Source of the DNA: Candidatus Kuenenia stuttgartensis
Lineage (GTDB): Bacteria > Planctomycetota > Planctomycetia > Pirellulales > UBA1268
Direction of reading: 5' to 3'
NCBI GenBank assembly: GCA_945877135.1
Contig: CAMCQY010000006.1
Span: 1 to 58,322 of the forward strand
Length of the DNA stretch: 58,322 nt
Made by a program: the position numbers and the translations under genes. Shown one piece after another: positions 19,726 through 29,388 of the stretch (within the stretch, counting starts at the first letter, position 1; each line of letters starts with the position of its first letter). The notes beneath the pieces were generated by a model, which saw only the letters and a program-made list of their open reading frames with translations, was not told the DNA's origin and did not search any database.

Positions 19726-22602
19726 ATGAGCATGAGGCTGCTTTGTTTCGGGGCCGTATTGATGGGGCTCGGGTGGGCGTGCAGCGGCATGGCTGCCACG
19801 CCAATCGTGCCCGGCTTCGAACGGTTTGGCCGGTCGGCGAGCGATCCCGCGGCAGCCATCGACAGCGGGCTTGTGCTGCTCGGTGAACTTGGCTGCGTGA
19901 ATTGCCACGCCGCCGGTAAGGAGCAGGCCGCGCACCTGATGCCCAAGCGGGGGCCAAACCTCGACAAGGTCGGCGAACGGATCGGGCCCGAGTGGCTCGT
20001 CGAGTATCTCAAGCAGCCCAACGCAGTGAAGCCGGGCACCACGATGCCGCATGTCCTCGCCGGCCTGTCCGACACCGAACGCGATCGGACCGCCACTGCG
20101 ATCGCCCATTTTCTGGCCGCAACGGGTGCCTTCGACGATGGTTCGCTGCCGGAGTCGGGCACGGCGAATGCCGCGGAAGGGCTGAAGATCTACGAACGGG
20201 CCGGCTGTGCCGTCTGCCATGGCTCCCGCACGAAAGATGCGGTGCCGCTGCCCGACCAGATGCCGCTGGTCGATCTCGACAAGAAATGGTCGCCGCGCGC
20301 GCTCGATGAATTCCTCAAAAACCCGTTCCACATCCGCCCGTCCAGCCGGATGCCGGCCCTGCCGCTCAAAGACAACGAGCGACGGCACGTCGTCGCCAGC
20401 CTGCTCGGGTCGCCGCCGCCTCCCCGCGACACTCATCGAGACCATGTCGCCTTCAACGGCCGTGCGTGGCTCGTGAACGTGGAGAAACTGCCGGCGATCG
20501 AAACACTCGGTTCGCCGGCGAAGACGGGGCCGGTGAAGGGCTTCGAAGTCGTGCAGTTGGCGGGACGGCCCGATGGCTTCGTCGTGCAACTGGACGGTTT
20601 CCTCCACGCCCCCTCCGCCGGAACCTACCAATTTCACCTGTCGAGCGACGACGGCAGCCGGCTGCTCATTGGCGACCGGCAGATCGTGGAGAATGACGGC
20701 ATTCATGCCGACACAGAACGCCACGGAGAGATCTCGCTCGAAGCCGGGGTCCACCCCATCCGGATCGAGTACTTCGAGGCCAGCGGCGGTGAGACGCTCA
20801 ACCTCGACGTGACGCCGCCACGCCGACCGCGGCGGTCGGCGCTCGAATACGTGACCCCGACCGCTGCCGACAAGCCGCTGGCATCGATGGCCGTCGCGGC
20901 TACGCAAGCATCGTTCGCAGTCGACCCAGCGCTTGTGGAAGAGGGCCGGGCGGCATTTGCCGCCGTGGGCTGCGCCAGTTGCCACGAACTGAAAGGCTCC
21001 GATGGCAAGCGGATCGAGCCGGCTGCCACGCCGAGGCCGCTCATGAAACTCGTGTCGCTCGATGCCGGATGCCTTGCCAAGGCCGCGCGGCAGGGAACTC
21101 CGCACTATCCACTCGACGACGTCCAGCGGTCGGCCGTCACTTCGGCTCTTGGCTGGCTCAGATCGCCGGCGGCGGAATCTGCGCCTGCTCGCGAGCAGAC
21201 CATCGACCGCATGCTCACGGCCCTCAACTGCTACGCCTGCCACAACCGCGATGGCCGGGGTGGAATCATCCCGGCTGTCACCACCACGGACGACGACGGC
21301 GAGCCGATCCTGAAGGACCCGGTTCGCGACGCCCTGTTCACCAGTGCCGTGCAGGAGCTTGGCGACGAGGGCCGTCTGCCTCCCACGCTCACCGGCGTCG
21401 GTGACAAACTTGCGAGTGGGTTTCTTCGCGAGGTGCTTGCCGAAGGGGGCAAGGATCGCGGCGCGTACATGCACACGCTCATGCCGAAGTGGCATCCGAA
21501 TGTCGTCGATCCGCTCGCGAAGCAGCTTGCAGAAGACGTGAAGACCACCGTGTCCACGCCCGAACTCTCGGGCCACTCGGAATCGGAGATCGATGAACAG
21601 GCCCGCGGCCTGGTCGGCTCCAAGTCGCTCGGCTGTATCAAGTGTCATTCGTTCGCCGGGGAGAAGGGGCAGAGCCTCGGCGTGATCGACATGACGAGGA
21701 TGCCCAAGCGGCTGCGGCATGACTGGTTTCTGGCCTACGTGGCCAATCCGCAGCAGTTTCGGCCCGGCACCCGGATGCCGGCCAGTTGGCCGGAAGGCAA
21801 AACGTTCTATCCCGGCGTCCTCGACGGCACGGCCGCAGGGCAGATCGAGGCGGTCTGGCGGTATCTCGCCGGCACGAAGCCGCGTCCACCCGTAGGCTCC
21901 GGCACGAATCCGATCGAACTTGTGCCGGTCGATCGGCCGATCATCTATCGCAACTTCATCGAGGGTGCGGGTCCCCGGGCGATCGGTGTCGGGTATCCCG
22001 AAAAAGTAAACCTGGCCTGGGACGCCGACCGGCTGCGATTGGCCCTCGTCTGGCGGGGCGCGTTCATCGATGCCGGAAAGCATTGGACCGGCCGCGGGCA
22101 GGGCTTCCAGACGCCGTTGGGCGATGGCGTGTTCTCCCCTGACGCTGCCTCGGCCATCGCCGTGCTGGCCAGCCTGGAGTCACCCTGGCCGATGGCGAAG
22201 CCGGATCAGCCGGCGGGGGAACGGCGCGACGGACCGCGGTTTCGCGGCTACTCGCTCGACGTGCAGGGGCGGCCTACCTTCAACTGGTCGATCGATGGCA
22301 TGCGAATCGGCGAGAAGATCGAGCCGATCGTTGAAGGCGGGAAACAGGTCGTCCGCCGTACGATTCAGGTGGCCGGTCGGCCCGCCGCGGGCGAGGCGTT
22401 TTTCCGTGTGGCGTTGGCGAGGAAGGTCGAAGACAAGGGCGACGGCTGGCTGCTGATCGACGGCACATGGCGTGTGCGGGTGAGCGGCGCGGGCGTCGCA
22501 CCGGCGGTGAACCGCAGCGACGATGGCACGACGGAGATCCGCCGAAGAATTGTGTGGAGCCCAGGCGATGAGGCCGAATTCGTGGAGGAGTTGTCATGGT
22601 GA
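19726..22602 (+). CDS. Secreted pentaheme cytochrome c with a PA14 domain
   Basis: Five CxxCH motifs (CVNCH, CAVCH, CASCH, CYACH, CIKCH); PA14 signature SDDGSRL...NDGIH...GVHPIRIEYFE; start trimmed to MSMRLL. Confidence 0.88.
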   Translation: MSMRLLCFGAVLMGLGWACSGMAATPIVPGFERFGRSASDPAAAIDSGLVLLGELGCVNCHAAGKEQAAHLMPKRGPNLDKVGERIGPEWLVEYLKQPNAVKPGTTMPHVLAGLSDTERDRTATAIAHFLAATGAFDDGSLPESGTANAAEGLKIYERAGCAVCHGSRTKDAVPLPDQMPLVDLDKKWSPRALDEFLKNPFHIRPSSRMPALPLKDNERRHVVASLLGSPPPPRDTHRDHVAFNGRAWLVNVEKLPAIETLGSPAKTGPVKGFEVVQLAGRPDGFVVQLDGFLHAPSAGTYQFHLSSDDGSRLLIGDRQIVENDGIHADTERHGEISLEAGVHPIRIEYFEASGGETLNLDVTPPRRPRRSALEYVTPTAADKPLASMAVAATQASFAVDPALVEEGRAAFAAVGCASCHELKGSDGKRIEPAATPRPLMKLVSLDAGCLAKAARQGTPHYPLDDVQRSAVTSALGWLRSPAAESAPAREQTIDRMLTALNCYACHNRDGRGGIIPAVTTTDDDGEPILKDPVRDALFTSAVQELGDEGRLPPTLTGVGDKLASGFLREVLAEGGKDRGAYMHTLMPKWHPNVVDPLAKQLAEDVKTTVSTPELSGHSESEIDEQARGLVGSKSLGCIKCHSFAGEKGQSLGVIDMTRMPKRLRHDWFLAYVANPQQFRPGTRMPASWPEGKTFYPGVLDGTAAGQIEAVWRYLAGTKPRPPVGSGTNPIELVPVDRPIIYRNFIEGAGPRAIGVGYPEKVNLAWDADRLRLALVWRGAFIDAGKHWTGRGQGFQTPLGDGVFSPDAASAIAVLASLESPWPMAKPDQPAGERRDGPRFRGYSLDVQGRPTFNWSIDGMRIGEKIEPIVEGGKQVVRRTIQVAGRPAAGEAFFRVALARKVEDKGDGWLLIDGTWRVRVSGAGVAPAVNRSDDGTTEIRRRIVWSPGDEAEFVEELSW

Positions 22603-24101
22603 GTGTCATGGTGAGATCGATGGCGCAGGCGATGCTGACCGTCTTCTGCTGCGGAATCGCGTGGGTCGCCGTGGCAACGGCCGCCGAGACACCGGAAAAG
22701 CCGCGGGAGAACGACTTCTACCGGATCGATGCGGTCGAGATCCCCGACGGTGCCTATTTGGAGGTTGGTGCGCTCGAATGGATTCCCGACGGTAGAGTCG
22801 CCGTCGCCAGCCGACGTGGCGAGATCTGGATGGTGAGCGACCTTGTCTCGGGAAAACCACGGTGGCAGCGATTTGCCCACGGCCTGCACGAGGTGCTCGG
22901 CCTCGCTTGGCGGGACGGCTGGCTCTATGTGACGCAGCGGCCCGAGGTAAGCCGCCTCCGCGACACTACCGGCGACGGCGTAGCCGACGACTATGAAACT
23001 GTGAGTGACCGCTGGGGCGTGTCGGGCGACTATCACGAGTATGCGTTTGGCTCGAAGTTCGACCGCGAGGGCAATCTCTGGATCGTTCTCTGCCTGACTG
23101 GCAGCTTCGACAGCAACGTGCCCTTTCGGGGCTGGGCCGTCCGCGTCACACCCGATGGCAGCATGGTCCCCACGACCTCAGGCGTGCGGTCGCCCGGGGG
23201 GATCGGCTTCGATGCGGATGGAAACGTGCTCTACACCGACAATCAGGGGCCGTGGAACGGCGCCTGCTCGCTCAAGCATCTCGTGCCCGGCGACTTCGTC
23301 GGCCACCCCGGCGGCTTCAAGTGGTATGCACTCGCGCCTGAGATGGGGGAAAAGCCTGAGGAGCCGAAGAGCGGCAGCCGTTGGGCGACCGAGGTGCAGC
23401 GGATCCCGCGGCTGCGGCCGCCCGCCGTAGTGTTTCCGTATGACACGATGGGCAAGAGCGCCGGAGGTGTGGCGTGCGATGCGACCGGCGGGAAGTTCGG
23501 CCCGTTTGTCGGGCAGATGTTTGTGACCGATCAGTCACATTCGATCGTCATGCGGTGCTTTCTCGAGACGATCGAAGGAGGAATTCAGGGCGCTTGCTTC
23601 AGGTTTCGTGAGGGCTTCAGAAGTGGATCACTCGCACTGCAGTTCGCACCCGACGGCTCGCTCTATGTCGGCGGCACGAACCGCGGCTGGGGCTCTCGTG
23701 GCGCGGGCGACTATGCGCTCGAACGCATGACATGGACCGGGAAGACGCCGTTCGAGATCCTCGCCATGCGGGCCGTGCCGGGTGGGTTCGAACTGGAGTT
23801 CACGGAGCCGGTTGATCAGCAGACGGCGGCCAACCCGGCGAGTTACGCGGCCAAGGGCTTCACCTACATCTACCAGTCGAGCTACGGCAGCCCTGTCGTC
23901 GACGAGGAGCCATGCTCGGTCGAGAAGGCGGAGCCGACTGCCGATGGCCGTCGCGTGCGGCTCACGCTGGGTAACCTCCGCGAGGGCGTGATCCACGAAC
24001 TCAAGGCGGCCGGGGTTCGCAGCATGGCTGGCCTGCCTCTGCTGCACGACACCGGGTGGTACACGCTCAACCGCTTGGCGAAGGAAAAGCGCCGGGAGTG
24101 A
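22596..24101 (+). CDS. Secreted beta-propeller protein (glucose/sorbosone dehydrogenase-like)
   Basis: GLHEVLGL, GDYHEYAFG, SGVRSPGG, TDNQGPW and FGPFVGQMFV; overlaps the upstream cytochrome gene. Confidence 0.8.
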   Translation: MVSVMVRSMAQAMLTVFCCGIAWVAVATAAETPEKPRENDFYRIDAVEIPDGAYLEVGALEWIPDGRVAVASRRGEIWMVSDLVSGKPRWQRFAHGLHEVLGLAWRDGWLYVTQRPEVSRLRDTTGDGVADDYETVSDRWGVSGDYHEYAFGSKFDREGNLWIVLCLTGSFDSNVPFRGWAVRVTPDGSMVPTTSGVRSPGGIGFDADGNVLYTDNQGPWNGACSLKHLVPGDFVGHPGGFKWYALAPEMGEKPEEPKSGSRWATEVQRIPRLRPPAVVFPYDTMGKSAGGVACDATGGKFGPFVGQMFVTDQSHSIVMRCFLETIEGGIQGACFRFREGFRSGSLALQFAPDGSLYVGGTNRGWGSRGAGDYALERMTWTGKTPFEILAMRAVPGGFELEFTEPVDQQTAANPASYAAKGFTYIYQSSYGSPVVDEEPCSVEKAEPTADGRRVRLTLGNLREGVIHELKAAGVRSMAGLPLLHDTGWYTLNRLAKEKRRE

Positions 24102-24110
24102 GGGCCAGAT

Positions 24111-24174
24111 CCCGTCGCTCGCGCTCAGTGCTTGGATGTGGGGTGATACAAGCCCCCGGCGTGAGCCGGGGGGC
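24111..24174. repeat. Two adjacent REP-like palindromes (one family B, one family A) between convergent genes
   Basis: Reverse complement of 24111-24135 is CCAAGCACTGAGCGCGAGCGACGGG; 24150-24174 reads AAGCCCCCGGCGTGAGCCGGGGGGC. Confidence 0.6.
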
Positions 24175-24182
24175 TGGTCAAA

Positions 24183-25208
24183 TTACCCGCGGCCCATCTC
24201 AGGCCGTGCGAACACGAGCCGGCCGGCCGTAGTCTGCAGCGTGCTCGTCACGCTGACGTGGATCGTGCGACCGATCTGGTCGCGGGCCTGTTCCACCACC
24301 ACCATCGTGCCGTCTTCGAGATAGCCCACGCCCTGACCAGGCTCCTCACCCGGCTTCACCAGTCGCACGTCGAGGAGATCGCCCGGCACGAACACCGGCC
24401 GCAGCGCCAGCGCCAGATCGTTGATGTTGATCGCCTGCACGCTCCGCACGCCGGCGATCTTCATGACGTTGGGATCGGCCGTCACGAGCCGCCCGGCGAG
24501 ATCGGCGGCCATGCCCACCACCCTCGATTCGGTGGTCGCGTCGAGATCGTCGTCGGTGTGGGGGGGCACCACTTCCAACTCAATCGACTTGCCCGAACGG
24601 AGGCGGGACAGCACATCGAGACCGCGTCGGCCGCGGATGCGGCGGAACTTGTCGGTGGATTCCGCCCCCTCCTGCAGTTCATCCACGACGAAGGACGGCA
24701 CGACGAACCGGCTCTGGAAAAGGCCCGACTCGGCCAGATCGGCAATTCGGCCGTCGATGATCGTGCTCGAGTCGAGCACGTTGGGCCGCAGCCCCTTCAC
24801 GTCGCGGGCGAATTCGACGTAGGGGATGATGAAGCGGAAGTCGTCCCGTGTCTGCAGGAGCATGCTCGTGCAGATGTAGCAAAGGATCATGCCCAGAACC
24901 GACGGCAGCCACCCCAGGAGCGGCGTCTGCGGCACCGCGGCGAGCAGGGGGGTGAGGGCGAGAATGGCGACGTAGGTGAGGAACACGCCGATCAGCAGGC
25001 CGAAGTAGATCGACGTGATCACCGTCAGTTCCTTGCGGCGCAGCGAGATATCGATGCCGATGACGGCCAGCGGCAACAGAATCATGCCGGCAAGCACAGT
25101 CGATGGCAGCCACTCGGCCGCCTCCCGCATCGGCGCGGAGTTGAACATGAGGACCGCGATCCCCACGGAGACCATCACGAAGATTGCCCGCAGTACGAAG
25201 AGAGCCAT
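24183..25208 (-). CDS. PIN/TRAM domain membrane protein (YacL family)
   Basis: N-terminal TM helices; LDSSTIIDGRI; RGRRGLD; QGVGYLEDGTMVVVE; LQTTAGRLVF. Confidence 0.92.
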   Translation of the reverse strand: MALFVLRAIFVMVSVGIAVLMFNSAPMREAAEWLPSTVLAGMILLPLAVIGIDISLRRKELTVITSIYFGLLIGVFLTYVAILALTPLLAAVPQTPLLGWLPSVLGMILCYICTSMLLQTRDDFRFIIPYVEFARDVKGLRPNVLDSSTIIDGRIADLAESGLFQSRFVVPSFVVDELQEGAESTDKFRRIRGRRGLDVLSRLRSGKSIELEVVPPHTDDDLDATTESRVVGMAADLAGRLVTADPNVMKIAGVRSVQAININDLALALRPVFVPGDLLDVRLVKPGEEPGQGVGYLEDGTMVVVEQARDQIGRTIHVSVTSTLQTTAGRLVFARPEMGRG

Positions 25209-25305
25209 GAGCCTTGAAGATGATGGGGAGTAGGAACTGGGGGCTGATTCTGGCCCGTTCGCACAAGCCTAACACAAACCCCCCCCCGCGTTCGGCGAAG
25301 ACCGC

Positions 25306-26472
25306 TCAGCCGGTGCCGATTCGCAGATCGTGATCGCGGTCGAGGAAGCGGTCGGTCATGCCGGCGATGTAGTCGGCGACGCTCCGCCGCACGCCAAATT
25401 GCTCGGCACGGCCGCGAAAGCCGGGCGGCATCTCATCGGGGTGCAGGCAATACCACTCGAACAGTCGTGTCAGTTTCCGCTGCGCCGGCACCCGAACCGC
25501 CAGCACCCGTTCACTGCGGTAGACCCGTTGGAAGAGAAACTGCTCGAGGGCACGTTTGCTGGCGGCGACGGCCGGCGTGTGGGCCACGATTCGCACGCCC
25601 GGCAGACTCCCTTGGCCGCGGAATACATCCCGGACCTGCGCCACCGATTCAATCCCCAGGGCCGCGATAGCGGCCCGACTCCGCGTCACCAGTTCCGCCA
25701 CCTCGAATTCCACCACCTCGTGGAGCGCCGCCCGCCGCAGTTCCGGGCCCTCGAGCGAACCGTAGCGGTCGCGGGCGCGACTGGCGGCATCGGCCATGAG
25801 GGGAATTTCGAGGAGTTCATCCATGGTGACGAGCCCCAGTTCGACGGCATCGTCGGCGTCGTGCGTGTCGTAGGCGATCGAGTCGGCGGCATCGACGACC
25901 TGAGCCTCGAGCAGCGGTTCCGGTGCCGTGCCATCCTTCTTCCGCGTGGCCTGGGCATCGAGGACCTCTCGGGAGAGGTTCAGGCCGGGGAAGTGTGGGT
26001 AGCGGATCTCCAGGAGTTCCACGATGCGGAGCGCCTGCGCGTTGTGGTTGAAGCCGCCTTCGTCCGCGAGCAGTTCGGAGAGCGTGTCCTCGCCGGCATG
26101 GCCCAGCGGCGGATGGCCGATGTCGTGGGCCAAGGCCAGCGTCTCGACCAGATCTTCGTTGATGGCCAGGCTGCGGGCGAGGGTGCGGGCGATGCTCGTC
26201 ACCTCCAGCGTGTGCGTCAGGCGGCTCCGGTGATAGTCGCCGTGGTAGCCGGTGAAGACCTGTGTCTTGTGGGCGAGGCGGCGGAAGGCGGCCGAGTGGA
26301 CGATGCGGTCGCGGTCGCGTTGGTAGGGGCTGCGGAAGGCGTGCGGAGGCTCGTCGTGCACCCTGCCAGCCGAGTCGGCCGCGTGCATCGCCCAGGGGGC
26401 AAGCAGGAGCGATTCCCGCTGCTGCCAGTCGGGTGCTCCGGCAGATTCCTCGTCATGGCGGCGTGCTGTCAT
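25306..26472 (-). CDS. dgt: dGTP triphosphohydrolase (HD family)
   Basis: QRDRDRIVHSAAFRRLAHKTQVF, RLTHTLEV, AHDIGHPP and DYIAGMTD. Confidence 0.93.
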   Translation of the reverse strand: MTARRHDEESAGAPDWQQRESLLLAPWAMHAADSAGRVHDEPPHAFRSPYQRDRDRIVHSAAFRRLAHKTQVFTGYHGDYHRSRLTHTLEVTSIARTLARSLAINEDLVETLALAHDIGHPPLGHAGEDTLSELLADEGGFNHNAQALRIVELLEIRYPHFPGLNLSREVLDAQATRKKDGTAPEPLLEAQVVDAADSIAYDTHDADDAVELGLVTMDELLEIPLMADAASRARDRYGSLEGPELRRAALHEVVEFEVAELVTRSRAAIAALGIESVAQVRDVFRGQGSLPGVRIVAHTPAVAASKRALEQFLFQRVYRSERVLAVRVPAQRKLTRLFEWYCLHPDEMPPGFRGRAEQFGVRRSVADYIAGMTDRFLDRDHDLRIGTG

Positions 26473-27050
26473 CGGCGCGATCCGTCGGTGTGGTGATCGG
26501 AATGATGGGATCCTGCGGCGGCCTGCACGAGTTGCTCGCGCAGCGCGTCGAGCGACTGCGGCAACACCCGCACGCCCGCCGTCGTTGGCATGAAGTTCAC
26601 GTCACCCGGCCACCGTGGCACGATGTGCCAGTGGAGGTGGCCGGGCAGCCCCGCGCCGGCGACCGCCCCGAGGTTCAGACCCACGTTGAAGCCGTAGGCC
26701 TGCATCGACCGCTCCATGACGCCGCACCAGGTCACGATGCAGGTCTGCAGATCGAGGAGCTGCTCTGCTGACAGATCGGCAAGCGCGGCCCGGTGGTCGA
26801 GCGGGGCGACAAGCAGGTGGCCGTTGGAGTAGGGGAAGCGGTTGGTCACGACCACGCTCAGAGGCGTGCGGGCGACCACGCCCAGGGCCGCGTCGTGCGC
26901 TGCGTCGGCCGCGGCCGCACGGCAGAGGAAGCACTGGTGGACGGCGCCGTCGCGCCAGTGGGCTGGCTCAACCTTTTCAAAGGGCGCGCCCTTGTCGTGC
27001 CCCTGCACGTATCCCAGCCGCCAGGGTGCCCAGAGGGTTTCGTTGCTCAT
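26469..27050 (-). CDS. HIT family hydrolase (Ap4A phosphorylase/FHIT-like)
   Basis: LWAPWR, CFLC, NRFPYSNGH and HLHWHIVPRW; start trimmed to MSNE. Confidence 0.92.
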   Translation of the reverse strand: MSNETLWAPWRLGYVQGHDKGAPFEKVEPAHWRDGAVHQCFLCRAAAADAAHDAALGVVARTPLSVVVTNRFPYSNGHLLVAPLDHRAALADLSAEQLLDLQTCIVTWCGVMERSMQAYGFNVGLNLGAVAGAGLPGHLHWHIVPRWPGDVNFMPTTAGVRVLPQSLDALREQLVQAAAGSHHSDHHTDGSRR

Positions 27051-27114
27051 GAGGGTATCGTACCCGAACGCGACCTCCTGGCCGCAACCCAGAGCTGAAA
27101 GCTGGCCGCGGTTC

Positions 27115-27246
27115 GGGGCTGCCCATGCGCCGTCGCCGGACGTTCGCTCCGGCCATCCATGGCCTTCGCTCACTCGATGTTGACTGCGCTTCGCCATCCT
27201 GGCTGCGCTTGTCAACAACGCCGGCTCTCGGCACATGGGCAGCCCC
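27115..27246 (-). ncRNA. 132-nt structured intergenic element, copy 2
   Basis: Colinear with 17975-18105; minus-strand hairpins GGCCAUGGAUGGCC and GCCAGGAUGGC. Confidence 0.55.
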
Positions 27247-27358
27247 TCACGGATGCTTCCGGTTCCATCGACGCTAGGCCTGGATGGCCGGTTCAGCACC
27301 AGCGGGCGGAGGCCCGCCAAGCGAAAACGACACGATGTCGTGTTTCGCGTGAAGCGGT

Positions 27359-28552
27359 CTACAACACTTCGGCCCAGAGCGCGTCTGAGACGAGCAGGCC
27401 TTCTCGCGTGAGTTGCACGCGCTCGCCGTCGTCGGTGGCGAGGCCGCGGTCGGTCCAACGGCGAATGGAACTGCCGGCGACGAGGTCGAGGTCGAGGCCA
27501 CTGGCGGCAAGAAAGTTCGCGCGGCTGAGGCCATCGCGCCGCCGAAGCCCGAGCACGACCCGCTCCTGAGCGGCCTCCAGTGGCGTCATCGCGTCGCGAT
27601 CGCCAGTGAAGTCTTCGCCGGCGAGCACGCGCCGCATCCAGGTTGTCGTGCTGCGGTGATTCGTGATCCGCAGCCGACCGTCAAACCGTGCGGCGCCCGG
27701 CCCGAACGCCTCCCATGGCCGGCAATCCCAGTAGGTCTCGTTGTGACGACAACGGCCGCCCGGTCGGGCGAAGTTGGAAACTTCGTAGTGCTCGAAGCCC
27801 GCCGCCTCAAGCCGGTCGATCGTCCGGTCGAGCATCGCCCGCTCGAGCGACTCGGCAGCGGGCTGGAGTGTGCCACGACGCCGCTGCGACTCGAACAACG
27901 TGCCCTTCTCCCAGGTCAGACAGTAGACGGAGAGATGCTGCGTGCCGAGCGCCACGATCGCGTCGAGATCCCGTTCGACATCAGCGAGCGTCTGGCCCGG
28001 TGCCGCTGTCATCAGGTCAACGCTCACGGTGAATCCACGGTCGAGCAGGATGCCGACCGCCCGCCGAACATCGTCGGGGGTGTGGTCACGGTCGAGTGCC
28101 GCGAGCGTCGTCGTGTCGAGCGACTGGGCGCCGAGGCTGACGCGGGTCGTGCCGCAGGCCGCGGCCGCGGCCGCCAGTGGTTCCGTCACATCCTGAGGAT
28201 TGGCCTCGATCGTGACTTCGGCACCCGGCAGCGGCCGCAGCCGAGCGTGAAGGATGTCGAAGAGCCGTGCGAGTCCGTCCGGCCCGAGGTGCGACGGCGT
28301 GCCGCCGCCAAGATAAAGCGTGGCCAACTCCAGGCACGCATCGCCCAGGCCCAGATCTGGCACTGCGTCGAGCCGTGTCAGCTCCCGCTGGATGGCCGCG
28401 AGGTAGTCGGCGATGAGATCGTCGCGGCCCGCGATCAGCGCAAAATCACAGTAGCCGCAGCGGTGGCGGCAGAAGGGCACGTGCACGTAGGCGGCACGCG
28501 GGAGGGGGGGCGTTTCCCCGGCGTTCGTGATGTCGGCCGTCAGGGTCTTCAC
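27359..28552 (-). CDS. hemW: Radical SAM heme chaperone HemW (HemN-like)
   Basis: [28 protein letters not shown] and HNETYW. Confidence 0.88.
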   Translation of the reverse strand: MKTLTADITNAGETPPLPRAAYVHVPFCRHRCGYCDFALIAGRDDLIADYLAAIQRELTRLDAVPDLGLGDACLELATLYLGGGTPSHLGPDGLARLFDILHARLRPLPGAEVTIEANPQDVTEPLAAAAAACGTTRVSLGAQSLDTTTLAALDRDHTPDDVRRAVGILLDRGFTVSVDLMTAAPGQTLADVERDLDAIVALGTQHLSVYCLTWEKGTLFESQRRRGTLQPAAESLERAMLDRTIDRLEAAGFEHYEVSNFARPGGRCRHNETYWDCRPWEAFGPGAARFDGRLRITNHRSTTTWMRRVLAGEDFTGDRDAMTPLEAAQERVVLGLRRRDGLSRANFLAASGLDLDLVAGSSIRRWTDRGLATDDGERVQLTREGLLVSDALWAEVL

Positions 28553-29388
28553 AGCCAGATCTGCAGCCGGCCGTCGAGCATGTCGGGAATCTTCTTGCCG
28601 AGAATCCTGCGAATGCGATCGTCGGTGTACCGCGTCGAGAAGTGGGTGGCGATCACCACCTCGTTGTGAAATCGCTGCCGCCGAGCGAGAAGGTCGTCGA
28701 GGTGCATGTGACCAAACTTGTGGATCTTTTCCTTGCGGTGGCTGTGGGCAACGAAGGTCAGTTCCGTGATCAGGATCATCGCCTCGTACATAGCCGGGCA
28801 GCGGTCGAGCCCTTCGGGCGAACTGTCGCCGAGGTAGGCCACCAGCGGCGTTCGCACCTCGTGGGTCACGTCGATGCCGGAGAGCCGGAGGTCGCGGATC
28901 TTCTCGCCGGGGAGTCCGTGGTATTCGTGCTTGAGTTTGCGTCGGCGTTCCCAGACGACGTAGCCCACGCTCGGGATCGTGTGGGTGGTGCCGGAGACGG
29001 TGACGACGTGCTCACGCGAGAGCTCGATCTCGTCGCCGGGCCGTGCGGGGAGGAGCGTGCAGGGCAGCCGGCCGCGGTCGAGGCGGGAAACCGCCTTGAG
29101 CAGCTTCTCGATCGGCTCGATCGCCGTCTCGGGCAGGTAGATGGTGGGGGGCTCCATCTTCATCATCCGCCGACGGGCGACGTAGACAGGCAACGCCGCG
29201 ATGTGGTCGAGGTGGGTGTGGGTGATGAACCACGTGCTCGTGGCCATGAAGTTCCATGGCTGCCCGCCCAGGTCGAAGCCCAGCTTCAGTTCGGGGATCC
29301 GCCAATAGCTCTGAACGGCCGCGCGGGAATAACCCTCCACGGTGAGCCCCTTGTGGACGAAGTTGCGAACCGGTGCGTTTTCGATCAT
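28549..29388 (-). CDS. MBL-fold metallo-hydrolase (short RNase Z-like)
   Basis: THTHLDH motif, YLGD, GHMH and HFSTRY. Confidence 0.8.
   Translation of the reverse strand: MIENAPVRNFVHKGLTVEGYSRAAVQSYWRIPELKLGFDLGGQPWNFMATSTWFITHTHLDHIAALPVYVARRRMMKMEPPTIYLPETAIEPIEKLLKAVSRLDRGRLPCTLLPARPGDEIELSREHVVTVSGTTHTIPSVGYVVWERRRKLKHEYHGLPGEKIRDLRLSGIDVTHEVRTPLVAYLGDSSPEGLDRCPAMYEAMILITELTFVAHSHRKEKIHKFGHMHLDDLLARRQRFHNEVVIATHFSTRYTDDRIRRILGKKIPDMLDGRLQIWL

Noticed and set aside
19645-22083. 812-aa antisense ORF
   Set aside because: Shadow of the pentaheme cytochrome gene.
25279-25287. C9 homopolymer upstream of the PIN/TRAM gene as a phase-variation switch
   Set aside because: Intergenic, short and plausible by chance at this GC content; no supporting evidence.
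27051-27458. N-terminal extension of the HIT ORF (MCREPALLTSAARM...) and the similar peptide at 17895..18095
   Set aside because: The similarity comes from the shared non-coding element; the substitutions preserve base pairing rather than codons.
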